From Blasia pusilla (lineage: Eukaryota), in NCBI GenBank assembly GCA_050084515.1, contig CM114271.1, positions 24,676,001-24,740,000 of the forward strand: a stretch of DNA of 64,000 nt. The letters run 5' to 3'. Position numbers and translations under genes: made by a program. How positions within the stretch are numbered: the first letter of the stretch is position 1; each line of letters starts with the position of its first letter. This document shows positions 13,701-26,155 of the stretch, piece by piece. Below the pieces are notes generated by a model that was not told where the DNA came from, searched no databases, and saw only the letters and a program-made list of their open reading frames with translations.

Positions 13701-15846
13701 CCGTGGGTCCTCCTGTCAATAGTTATCCCTTTTAAATACCATTGAGTGCTACTAACTTCCAACCCTATGGTTTATCCTCAAAATTTTGTGGTTGAGGATC
13801 GTTATGTATTGTCATCACGTGTACATGTTCCAATTGGACTTTCCTGTGTAATAATATGATTTGTAGGGTAGGAACCATTCCTTAGCTCTTTGATAGCTAT
13901 ATGGTTTAAAGTTATACATGTGTGCATGACTATTGGTGAGGTGCTAATAATCATGTTGTCATAAAATAGTTTATTCCTTGTTCGCCATGTGTCACATGGA
14001 GAGGTTTTTGCAAATTAATAAATGATCATTTTTAATAGTAAAGATGTTCGAAATGGATTTTCATTCATTATCATATGATTTTACAAATATGAACCATTTT
14101 TGGGTGCTTACAACTTGAAAATCAAGTATACCTAAAAGGCTTTACAAATTGTTTTAAGGACATCCTTAGTACCTTTGACTTGAAAATCAAAGCATTGTGA
14201 ATCATAGGTGTTCGGAACTTGTTCTAGAATGAGGGGCAACAACCCAAAGACCATCCTTAATCCTTGCTTTTCAACTTGATCTCACCCATGGGAACTACTT
14301 CTCCATACTTTTTGCCACGTATGACACTAAAATAATCTCCCTCGCAATTTCGGGGAAAATTTGCCATAAGAATCTACCCATCAATCTTGTCCTTGTGTCT
14401 TGAAAGTTACCATTTGGAGAACTAATGTCCTAAAAAAGTGAATCTCATTTTAAAATAGAAGGTCCCTTTAGAAAGTTACGTATATGGCAAAATGAACTTG
14501 GAAAGTAGTGGGTAGTTTTAGTACCTTCCTTTTCTCTTTCTTTTTATGTACATGTGTGGCTCCTTTCAAGTGGACAATATACACCATCGCATATGTAGAG
14601 ACACTTTTTTTCCTTGAGTTGAGGGTTTGTTTAGCATGGTCATAAAGTGATACACTAATTACTAAGACACACCAACTATCCAACATTTGAGTGGCAATGC
14701 GAAAGGTGTTCAATTGATTCTCCTTTGAATCCACTACTGCATTTGACGGGAGTTTGAAAGTCCTAGGAGCCGCTACATATCTTGCGGTTCGCTCCTTGCA
14801 ACTAGGTCAAATTTATACAGAATTTATTTCTTTATATGTGTCGTCGTTGCCATAACAATCGGTAAACCTTATGATCAAACCTTAGATAGAATCAGTTACC
14901 ATCTACTCGCCTAATCATTTGTTTTACCATCTACTTGCCTAATCATGTGTATTCGCATGGGCTGTCGTATAAGGACCTCTCTAGAGTAGGTTCTACGAAT
15001 TCCATTCATCTTATGATTGATAATGAAAATTATTCTTGTAAGATAGGTGTTTATACCATGAACATTGTGTATCATGCTACATTAAAATGTATAGACTAAT
15101 CAAAGTCTGGATTTTCAATGATGCCTTTATGGCCTTGCATTTCATATTTATATTGTGGAAAATTTTACAAGCATTATTTTTAACAAGAGTTGATTGTAAG
15201 GCACCCGCAATCTAATTACCAGAATATTATGTTACACTTCAACTCAAATGCAAAGGAGATATTTCTTCCTTCAAGAAGACTTCTATGATTTTAACACTCT
15301 AAATTGTTAGGACATTTCTTCATTTCCCAAGGGGAATTGGATTCCTCTGTAACTTATAAAGGGCATCTTGTTGCATTACATTTCGGTGTTGACAGAAATA
15401 TAATGCATTGCATGAGTATTTTCAAGAACGCATATCCTCATCAGCTTAAACATATCCCGGCATTGTACACCCACAAATCTTAACAATGGTCTAAGAAAGG
15501 AGAGAAGACATGCCATGAGCAAGAAAGCATCAAAGTTTACATCCCAAGAGGAAATACAAATTTCCACAGAGGCCCGTGCTGTCTTCATGAATAGGTTAAC
15601 AGAAGTAGACATCCACTTCAATCATTCGTGCCTGTCCTTACGCTTTTCTCACTTTACCATAAGGTACATGTAAGACTACCACAACCTTCATGATATAAAT
15701 CCTTGGGCATTACCAAAAACAGATTGTGCATGTCTTGACTAGATTCTCAAACAATTAGAGTACATCTCTTGTAGCCCTAACCTCCCTTCCATCTAAAAAG
15801 TGTCTTTAATGCGCACAGATCTTCCATGAAAATTATTCAAGACTCG

Positions 15847-16091
15847 CTTCATTTACCTTCTCATATCTTCCATGCAAATCGTCACTCAACTCACTTCATG
15901 TACATTCAGCTGCCTTTCACTTCAGAGTCATCACTCCTACACTAATTCAAAAGTTAAGCCTCCTCCACACTTCATTTACCCTCACATATCTTCCATCCAA
16001 ATCGTCAATCAACTCACTTCATGTACCTTCATCTGCCTTCTACTTCCAAGTCATCACTCAAGCTCTAATTCAAAAGTTAAGCCTCCTCCAC
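15847..16091. repeat. Diverged tandem duplication, ~123-bp unit
   Basis: Two units, each running CTTCATTTACC...CAAAAGTTAAGCCTCCTCCACA. Confidence 0.85.
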
Positions 16092-16482
16092 AGGCATGGT
16101 TGACTCTCAAGGCCTCAACCTAGCTCTAAGGGATTTCTCAATCTCCGCTAGTTGGAGAACATCAGTTGCACGAATGCTTCAAGGAAGGGGACACCTTTGA
16201 CTATTGAAGCCTCCACTTCAGAGTAGAACTGAAAGCTCACTCCACAATTTCATCAGTCCAGGATGACTCAAAAGAGAAGAGTCTAACGGATATTGAGCCT
16301 TGCACTCAATGTAAGAGGAATAAAGAAAAGGCGCCTTAGATTTTTTTGAGGTGTACTGCTCACCAAAGATCACTAATTTGGAACTTCAGAAAAGTGATGC
16401 GGAACGTTTGTTGAAATCCAGGTTGAAAGGTGGCATGAAAAGACAAGACTGAGGAATCTTAGGAATTACAACTTCCTTGGAC

Positions 16483-19400
16483 TCATTGATTTGATGACGA
16501 TGTATCGGCAGGTCGTTGGCAATTCTGCCATCCGGCAATCATGCAAACTTTCTTCATAAGATAGTCTCCTGAAGGCTCTAAAGTCCAGTGCGGATAAAAA
16601 GCCTCAGCTTTGAAGACTTCATGAGGGTTTCTTGAAGCTCCTTTAGCCCCATTTAAGAAGGAATCACCCTCAGAGTAGATACTGCCAGACATAGGTTCCA
16701 CCCTATCCCCCGCCTACATTTCAAACCAAGATTTCAGTCATCAATAATGAATTCCATGAACAACTGCATGCGCTAGTCATATTGAAAAGCTTTGAAGTAT
16801 CCGCAAGTTATATATATACTTTCACTTGAGTTTAAAACAGGAGCTTCAACATTTAAGTGGGTATTTTCAGATATCAAAATGTGGGATCGACCAACTCTAC
16901 AAAAACCCAGTGCAACAAGTAGGAAACAAAGTAGGAGTGCTTTCACTTGTGAATGTAGGCAATGTCTCTTGTAGAATTACAATCAAGAACGTTTGCCTGA
17001 GATGAAATTCAAAGTGAACTGCTGTTCCTGTGAGGCAAAAAAAGAAAAAGAAAAAAAGAAGGCCCCTTACACTGAAAGATCAACATACAGCAATCCTAAG
17101 TCTTAATTCCTTGACAACTACCAAAGTGTAATCCAACCTGGGAGAACCACTGACAGAAACCAACAGAAATCTCGAGAGTTGCCATAGTTTTCATACCTTC
17201 TCAGTGTAAAACTCAAAAGCCGTCTTGACCTGTCCTGCTTCATATATATTGCACTGAGAAAGAATCTGCAAAGGAATTGACCCACAGAAAAGCGTCATTA
17301 TAAGATCACAGAGCAGCCAAACTGCACATGTATAACACTCTGCTTGAAGGGGGTAAATTAACCATCTCACCCAGCCATGTGACAAAGCTAATAGCACTGA
17401 ATGGTCTCTTCTTTGCAAATATTCTGAACAGTGTAGCGCTCACGGTTTCCAGTGTTGTGTCGAGTATGCTATATCTTGAAGCACGGATTACATAAGTTCC
17501 AAATATAAAAATTTTCTATTCATAGTCTCGCATGCTTGAAATGCTTGTAGAAGGGAAATTTCGGTCTTAAGAAATATTCCCATGTATACTCCACACAATA
17601 TGTTACCAGCACGTAAACATAAAATGACCTCATATTTGACATTCAGTGAAAAGATGTTGCAAGTCAGAGTGTTCATGTTATCGTTTCCCACATTACTCTA
17701 TCATAAGTAATTCCTTCATAATGAATATTACCTGAGCCTCGACACTTGCACAAACTGCATACAGACCCCAGTTTCGTGTGTAATTGTTGTACAAATGCAC
17801 TTTACCAAACCGAACCCGCGGATGCCGTTGCCTCGTTCCATCGAACAGGCAGTGATGTATCGTAACACGTATGCATCGATCCTCCACATGATTTGGATCT
17901 GCTCCAATTAGCATAGTCTTATCATGCTTTAAAAAATGGCACCTACAGCACAAGCAAGCCAGAGATTGGCCACTGAGATAAAGCAACTTGGAAACTACAG
18001 AGAGGATTGAAGGACTCAGACTTGGCTACCAGATTCTATGATCATCTGCACCTTGGCGAGCATAAACTGCCAACATGTGTTACCAGTGTTCCAAACCAGG
18101 ACTCCTCTACCAACAAAAGGGCCCTGCCTTCTAACAGGAAGTCAATGAAAGCAAGCTCTCCTCCCCTACAGCAAGGTAAGCATCTCTCCCTCCACTCACC
18201 TTATCAACCCCAACAACCTTCCTAAGCTAGAATGGAGATGGACCTTGATATTGTAATATCTGTGCACTTGCGGGTAATATCAATGAGCCCATCGTCAAAA
18301 TCCTGTAGAGTACAACGATCCACCCATATGTGCTTGGAATTGGGCTTCATCTGAATTCCATCTACGTCGTGCCCTCTTCCTCCTTCAAACTCCATATTGC
18401 ATACAATGACGTGCTCGCAGTTCTTCAACTGTAGGCCCTTCCCCATGATTTTCACCCTCTGGCCGCGTCCATCAATGGTCTTGAAAGAGGACACTCTACA
18501 ATAGGTTTTCAGATTTATGACTCCCGAAACATCAAAGACAATCCACATTGGATCAGTCTTCTTGCAACCCTCACGGAGAGTGCCTGGTCCTGAATCTGCG
18601 AGAATCGGAGCAATCAATAACTCCAGTTAGATAGACCAAACTTCTGATTCAGACTGAATGTGTTGAGCTGAAATGTCCCAAACATGGCGAAGAGCAAATG
18701 AACGAGAAATTTTAAATCAAAGGTGGCTGGATAATAGGATCAGAAATCACCACCGCCACGAGACTAACAGATTCCCAAAAGAAACACAGTCAGAGGGATA
18801 ATCACAAATGAGTTGGACTACTGCCATCGGGTACCTGTTCCATGAGGTGAAACTGACCTTTTTGGGACTTTGACATTAACACTCTCACCCAAGAAAAATG
18901 CATGCTCTGGTCACGAATGAGCGATGTTCGGGAACGAGTACCGACACTGATACAGAAAGACTGCACACATAAGGTCCACGGGTTGCAGTGTCTGTACCAG
19001 CCTTGCAGAATATATGGCTGGCTGGTTCTAGGAAATGGAAACTTGATATTGCAAATCTGTCTATGGACCGTCAGAAGAGGGAAAAAAACAGCATCACTGT
19101 GCAGCAGAGGTCGAAACTAAGCCACTACGTTCAAACCCTCTCTGCAGCTCGAACGTATGAGAGAAACTCTTATTGACTAATGCGGCAATTAGACGACATT
19201 CAACCATAGCTTTCAAAATTCCTAAGCTTCCTGACGGTTAGCAGAGTGCGATCCACTTAAAACAGCACCAATTTCAGGAACCGGAAAGCATCCAATAATG
19301 TACCTGCAAGCGACGTGACCCGGTAAGCCCCACCATGCAGGCCACCGATAGAAGATTGACCAAAGCCCTCGGCTGCGCCAGCCAAATTCCTCATGCAGCG

Positions 19401-19508
19401 GTCGAGACCCGCGTATGGCCCCTCCGCCATATCCCAGTGCTGTGACTCAGCTTCAGAAGGTAAGCGAATCTGGGATCCACCTTTGCTCCCAAAACAACAA
19501 CCAAACAT
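16483..19508 (-). CDS. Pectate lyase-like protein (polysaccharide lyase family 1), 355 aa, 5 exons
   Basis: Exons 19508-19304, 18595-18244, 17942-17732, 17265-17197 and 16713-16483 are GT-AG and in frame (1068 nt). Motifs include AEGFG, DSGPGTLR, KTIDGRG, WVDRC, DGLID and QRHPRVRFG...HLYNN. Confidence 0.93.
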
Positions 19509-21360
19509 ACTCGCCACGGCGATCCCTTGAGTTCCCAGAGAGATCTAATTCTTGGAAATGAAGGTTGATCGGAACCCACGTTCTTGCGTGCGTTGAGGGC
19601 GTCGCCTACGCGTCAATGGTGGATGGTCCATGAGCTAAGATCGACAAGCACGCTGCTTGCAGGTTCAGTTTCGTGATTGGTGCATCGCCAGAATGTCAAT
19701 AAAGAGATTTTACTCGATGGGAAAACAGCGAAAACAAAGGGGCCCAAGACTGGTTCAATTGTGAAAGAAATTGTGTGGCGTTTCCTTATTCCCGCTCATC
19801 TCCTCTCGGGCGATGCACGGTACCTGAGCTTCAATTGGGACCGTGCTGTGAGAAATTCGATGTCAACATCTGAGGGTAAATCCTACTATTACCACCTATT
19901 CTTGGAAATTTTTACGCTGAGTTATCTATCCGGATATCAATCCTCATCTACAACCGTTTGCCTTCAACAACAGAGCTCAGAGAAGGCATGAAAATCGGTA
20001 CAGCATAATCGTCCCAGGCTTGAGGTGGATGAGCAAACGTCTTGCGAGGAATAGGTGGAAATCTCAATAAAAATTCATAACGCTAATCCAGCCAATTGAA
20101 TCTAAAGCGTGAGTTTGTTAATGGTGACGGATGAAGTTCGCAGCCAAATCAAAACTCTGCTTAGGCGTCTACAATCCCCGACCGATCGATCGTTCCTTTC
20201 GTCAGCGACAAAACCTCGATCCCGACGACCTTAACACCACAACCAGCTCCCGTTTCAGAATCCGCAGAGCCAACAACCCGAATAAAGCTCCATCCGAGAA
20301 TACCAACGCTTCCGAATAACAAGACTCCCAGTGCAGATATTAACTCCCCCTAACTGTTCCGCTCTTTCTGCACTATCCAGCCACCTGCAACTCTGCGATG
20401 TACAAACTTCTCCTCTCAGGCACGGGTTCGCAGTCTTCCAACACCCGCGAGCACAGTCCCCTCCGATCCCATCACGAGCACCGACCGCGAATTGCCGGAG
20501 TATCGACAAATTCGCAGTAGCGCAGCTACTATACGCAATCCCGCAATCTCAGCTAATCATACAAAACACCATCCCCTCCGATCGGCCCTCCGCGAATTCC
20601 CCCCTCCTGCATTTCTCTCTCTTCCACGAACTTTACCAACACTACAATGAGCGTATTCTAGACCTCCTCCTTCGGTCGCTCGCTCGTCCGCTCCGCAGCA
20701 GCAGCAGCAGCCGAGGACAGCGGGAAACCCGCACCGAAATCGGGACGTCGCAGGCTCCCGATCGCGAATGCGAACCGGTGACCGCAACTCCCGTCACACG
20801 CTGGCTCGACGGGAGTTTGGGAGAAGGTGGGGGAGTCGTGGACGAGGGAGGCGTCCCAATATCGGGGAGATCCGGAGTTACGAGTAATCGTAGCGGGTTA
20901 AAATCCTAAATTCCCGTTTCATTCTAAATCGGTCGGGAAATTACTGGCAGGAATGAAAACCGTTTTTAAATCAGATCTTACCGTCCCAGATTATGAAATA
21001 CAGGCAAAAAACACCCCGGTCCCTGCTCCGTCCGGTGGCGCTGTCGGCGAGCTGAGGCCCTGAGGGTGGCGCGCGGATAGATGGCGTTCGTCCGTTACCG
21101 TTAGCGCACACGACGGGCTGACCTGACCAGTCAACGGAGCTCCTTCCCCCGACTGAGCCGAGATCTTCGAACCCGGATTCTTCGCCGCCGCCTGTCCACA
21201 GCCCACGGGTTCCCTTCGCTTTTCAACCCCCGCCGCTTTCCGCGGGCCACGACTTCCGCCCCTCTCCGCACGATGCGGCGATCGGATCTTCCCTCGGATG
21301 TCGAACTAACGGTGGTTGGTTCGACACACTCGAGTGTCGTCGGAGTTTGGATCCATTCTG

Positions 21361-22150
21361 CGTGCATTTGCTACGATGTCCAGTTGGGGGTGAGAAGATA
21401 ATTATTTACGATGCAGTGCGGATATTATATTCTTTATTGCTCGGGAGAGTGGATTCCATGTACAAAGAGAGACGCACTATTTCATGCGGGATTCTTTTAT
21501 CCGTGTTGATTTCTACATGACGAGGGAATTTGAGATGGTGGTAGCAGATGATATAATGACGGATCCTACGCGGGAGGCAGTGCGAGCCCAAGTGGTAGCA
21601 CAAGGGAGATTGCTATAAGGAGTGGCGGCGGCGGCGGCGGTCAAGAAGACCCACATTTATAGCCGACTTCATGACGGACATCGATTTATCCCCCTAGCCA
21701 TTGAGATGTACGGGGCGATGGGAGAGAGGTTTGACTCGTTCCTTACGGATTGCGCCCATCATCTCCCGCATGGAGTAGTGCCTCTCTCTTTGTACATGCG
21801 GTAGTCCTTAGCCAGTGCGATACTTTATTGTAGGCAACGGGTCTCCATAGCTTTGCAGCGCGCCCAAGCAAATGGGCTTCTGCGGCGGGCTCAGGCAGTT
21901 GGAGACGCCAATGCTAGAGGCCCACTTAGTAGTAGTCATAGTTCTCTAGGTGTTGCTGATATTGTCTCTGCTGTTGGTGATTTTGGTCGTTAGGGGGGAA
22001 GGCCCCCTTCTTTCTCCTCGGGGCCGGTTCCGGCCTCTTCCAGTCTATTTTTTGGGTCTCCATGCCCCCTCTTTTGTATCGTGATGGGTTTCCCATCACG
22101 ATACAAAAGACGATCCTTTTTCTACATATATATATTTTTATATATATTAT
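21361..22150 (+). mobile_element. Second, longer CRE/R2-group LINE fragment (zinc-finger remnant plus RLE domain)
   Basis: Reads HLLRCPVGGEKIII.DAV, then after a frameshift FIARESGFHVQRE...RVD...VVAD...KKTHIY...FIPLAIEMYG. TA-rich tail; paralog of 3065-3632. Confidence 0.78.
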
Positions 22151-22699
22151 CACTCAAAGCGGACGGCGGAAGGGTGCTCCTTTGTCACCTCTGGTTCGCT
22201 CGCACCGTCGGCCTTCCCAGGTCGCAGATTGGAGGTTCCTACCTTCCCACAGAAACCGGCTTGTGCGGGCTGCCGAGGATCTCAGACCTTTAATGGAATG
22301 CCGACGGAAGGAAGGGGCGGCGGAAGGGCAGACGAAACCTTCGGCATCCGATTCCACCTAAGAAAAATGTCACTGATTTCGGTAGCGTAGGTTAACTAAA
22401 GAGTTAGCTTACGATCTTTATTAGCAAGTATTTGCTTAAGTGGCCCTCTGCCCTACTTATGTTGCTTAAGTGGCCCTCCTACCAAATATTTTGCTTGAGT
22501 GGGGCTCTTACCTACAATACCCCGTTCACGGGAGATGAGCTACCGGGAAGTCTGGTAAGTGTTCTAGTACAGGCGTATGGGTACTTACCCATGGTTTTGA
22601 CCAAAGTTGAGTTATGGTAGGAATAGTGGCCGGAAATCCTAAATTTTGAACGGGAGCATGGGCACCATTACCATGGTCGCAAACTTTTGCAATGACCTG

Positions 22700-22859
22700 A
22701 AGAAGTTTCAGACAACCGGGAGAGGAAGGACCGATTTAGCCGCAGGTTTAGGGTGGAAGTGTGTCATAGCATTGCAGTGAGCTGATGAAGTTTCAACCAA
22801 CGGGGAGAGGGAGGACCGTTTTAGCCGCAGGTTTAGGGTGGAAATGTGTCAAAGCATTG
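22700..22859. repeat. Diverged direct duplication, ~85-bp period
   Basis: GAAGTTTCA...TTTAGCCGCAGGTTTAGGGTGGAA.TGTGTCA.AGCATTG occurs twice. Confidence 0.8.
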
Positions 22860-23006
22860 GCTAAGTGAATGTGACATGTCCTTATTACTACATTTCTTCC
22901 TTTGAATAAAAAATGGACGCAAATTCCAACACATGACGTACATTATACAACATGGATGTGGTCACAATTTCACCATAAAACAAAAAAAGAACTTTACCAA
23001 GATTGA

Positions 23007-23471
23007 TTATATGCTTGGACCGGTAGAATCCAACCGCTGCAAGTCAACAATAGCCATTAGAGCCCTCGAGAAACAGGATGCCTCGTCCAAGCCATCCGAT
23101 GACACACCTAGCCTACTCAAGAGATCACGAATAAACTTTGAATTCCTTGTTGCTGAATCTTGCAAGGCTATGACTCTACGCAAGGCCTCTTCCCACCCAC
23201 CTTTGTTGTCATAGCCGGTCACCCCTAACTTTCTAACGAGATCTCCTCTTTCAGCGAGAAGAGTTGCGTGCCTTAGCTCCAAAACTTCAACATACTTGTC
23301 TACTCTAGTTGTGGTTCGTTCGGTGAGATGGATTTTGTCCTCCCAATACTCCAAATGCACCACATCTTCCGCGGGAATCCCCAAATGGTTCATCCATAAT
23401 TGTATGATTCTCTCATCGATCATAAACCCTCCTTGGGGCACACTCGGGTCCTCCTCTGATACTTCTTCCAT
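23007..23471 (-). CDS. Uninterrupted 154-aa ORF of unknown function, possibly transposon-associated
   Basis: Open frame with an ATG start and protein-like composition in otherwise decayed DNA; no family recognised. Confidence 0.3.
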   Translation of the reverse strand: MEEVSEEDPSVPQGGFMIDERIIQLWMNHLGIPAEDVVHLEYWEDKIHLTERTTTRVDKYVEVLELRHATLLAERGDLVRKLGVTGYDNKGGWEEALRRVIALQDSATRNSKFIRDLLSRLGVSSDGLDEASCFSRALMAIVDLQRLDSTGPSI

Positions 23472-26155
23472 TGATCCCTACATCCAAAGACAAACCAAAC
23501 TCTACATCAAATAACCTTCAATAGAAATTAGCCGCCGGTTGTGAATAGCCGTCGGCTGTGATTACTAAAGCTGTGTGAATAGGCGCCAACGACAACCCAA
23601 CAAGTATGCAATAAACCCTCACCTATATCTTGACTCCTCCACTAAGACCCAAAAAAAAAATCCACAAGAACTTACTGCATTTTGCGTAAAACGAATGGAG
23701 AATAGAGGCCATGTTAAAGAAGATGGGCAATTGAAGAGTGCTATAATACCTTATTCGATTTGAGGCCATCTTCTTTTCCCTCCAAACCTTCAGTTCCCAC
23801 AGCGTTAGGGGGTACACCATCTTCACTTGATGGTTTGGGTTGTGGAGCACCGCGTGTTGGTACCATTGCTAGCGCTTTGGACCGCATGTGATTCAACCAC
23901 TGTGTGGAGTCCTCAATCTCCACACAGGTGTTCACATGTTACACATTCTTGTCTGGCATAAGCGGTTGATCATATGCATCTCAGGGACACTATTTGTTTG
24001 CAATTGCTGATCCACCGTGAACACATGCTCAGTTTGACTCATTTTGTTCACAAGCAACTTGTCCATGCTTTGAGAGCCTCGGGCAATCACCACAGGCTCC
24101 ACTAAAAGGTGGGCCCTGCAAGTTGTTATAGGGTGAGCACATGGTGTCCCGCTTGCCATGTTCCCATGAGGGCCCCCTGTAGTGTTCTTCATCGGTGTCT
24201 CTGCCATGCTTTTCCTTGTTGTGCCTAGAGACTCCCTACCGCATTGTGAAGGCCCAAACTGAGAAACATTGGGCACTTCCCAACCTCCTACCTTATGAGT
24301 GTTCCATTCAAGCATGCTCCCAAATTCTTGCCAATCCAAGTCATCGATACCATCCTACCGTTGCTTATTCCCTTCGCTTTTTCCATTCTTCACTCGATCT
24401 AGAGGTCAAAGAAGAAGACCTTTTGACAATTTGAATGCCATAAGACTTACGAGTCTACCTTTCCTTTCTCCTTGGAAAGTTTGTTTTTGTAAATCAAAAT
24501 GATTTGAAGAAATCTGTATTCTCTGTGTATTAACCATATTGTTTTTTGTGCTACGCATCAATTACAAGTGAAACTAAACTGTGGGTGTGGATTAACTAAA
24601 TTGTAAAACGGTGAACCGCATCTCTTCTTCTGAAATGTTTAAATTAATGACATGAAGATTTTTCATGTATGTATTTCTTCTATTAATTTACCATTTAAAG
24701 TTTCATTTGGATTCCTTTCATTAACCGGGTTGTGTTTTCATTATAACATTATTGAATATTCCCTAATCATAGTTAGCCCGGACTAACTATGCTCCCAATA
24801 AAGGCCACATTTGAAACCTTTCAGTTTTTCGATTTTTGTCTAATTTTTCATATACTAAGCTAAAATTTGAATAGAAAAGAGATCTGAACACTTATATTAA
24901 ATTTTATTTGATATATATATTAAATTTTTTAATGGAATTTCCATGAAAACATTGTGAGTCTTTTTCATAATCAATTTATGTTTCATTTTTTTAATTAAAA
25001 TTTTTTTCAAGTTTTTTTAAGAACTAAAACTTTTAATTTCAAGTTGATTTTGGAAGGGAACTTACATATAAGTTTACAAATATGTAATTTAATTTCTTTT
25101 TCAAGCTCCAACTGTGAGAGATTCTTTTTTTTTTTAAATTGAGACAAACTTTGAATCAAAATAGTGATTTGTTTTCTCACTAATTGAGAGACGAGGGTTG
25201 AGAAGAAATACGGAAAATTAATTTCTTTGTAAATTAATAATGGGAAAAAAGCATTTTTAAAACGAAAATTCTAGTCTTATGAATATTCATGTATTTAAGT
25301 GAGCTTACCTTTATTATCTAATTGGCAGCTCTACAATTTCTACTTGTCTGATGTAATGACTTCATCGTATTCTCCATCTGTGAATATTCTCATTTCTATA
25401 AATCCGGTTGAGTGCATCACGGGTTGAGTGACACGAAACTTACTCATCATGTCAATTGGGATGATATATTTCTGATTGAATTCTTTTAATATTAACTCAG
25501 TTTTTTTCATTCAACTAACAAAAATTTTATTTACTTTATTTTACGATTAGAATAGTTAGGGGGGGTGGGGGGAGTGAAAAACACGTTCATTTCATATGGC
25601 AAATTTAAAACAATGCTCAAGTACCCCTCCGGGATCAATGATATATCTCACTACCAGACCAGCGGTATCTCCAAACATCTCCGTTGAGTACGCAGTAGGC
25701 AGCCATTTCCCACAATTATCCAACATTTGAATTGTGATTTCATTGATTTGACAAGAGAAAACCTGAACATAATTACAATGAGAGCAGATGTGGCTTCCAT
25801 GTTCTAGTGCCGCGTGAGAACTGGCTAGGAAAAATGGTTGAATTGAAAATTTTCAGATGCATAAAAAAAGGGTTTGAATGTACACTACAAACTCTAATCA
25901 CTGAAGCTGTAAGGATGGACCGACTGCTCATCGAACTTAGAAAGACACGCACATATGGAGAAGGGCTGCCACAAATTCCAGGCATATCCCAAAGATATTA
26001 CATCACTTTATATCAGAAACCGTCCTCATCAATCCTTCAGCAGCCACATCACTTCAATGTGATCAGCTGTCGGAGAGAAGCTGAAACTTCGCCTCTACCA
26101 AAAATGAGTAAAGTTCTGCATCTGTTGTAGAAGATAGTGCCTCACTAACAGCCAG

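Noticed and set aside
14764-14805. Hairpin plus CTAG resembling a Helitron end
   Set aside because: The stem is weak, CTAG is not followed by T, and no other Helitron feature is nearby.
20131-21360. 192-aa ORF 20331-20909 and its neighbours
   Set aside because: GC-rich region upstream of the pectate lyase gene; no recognisable domain.
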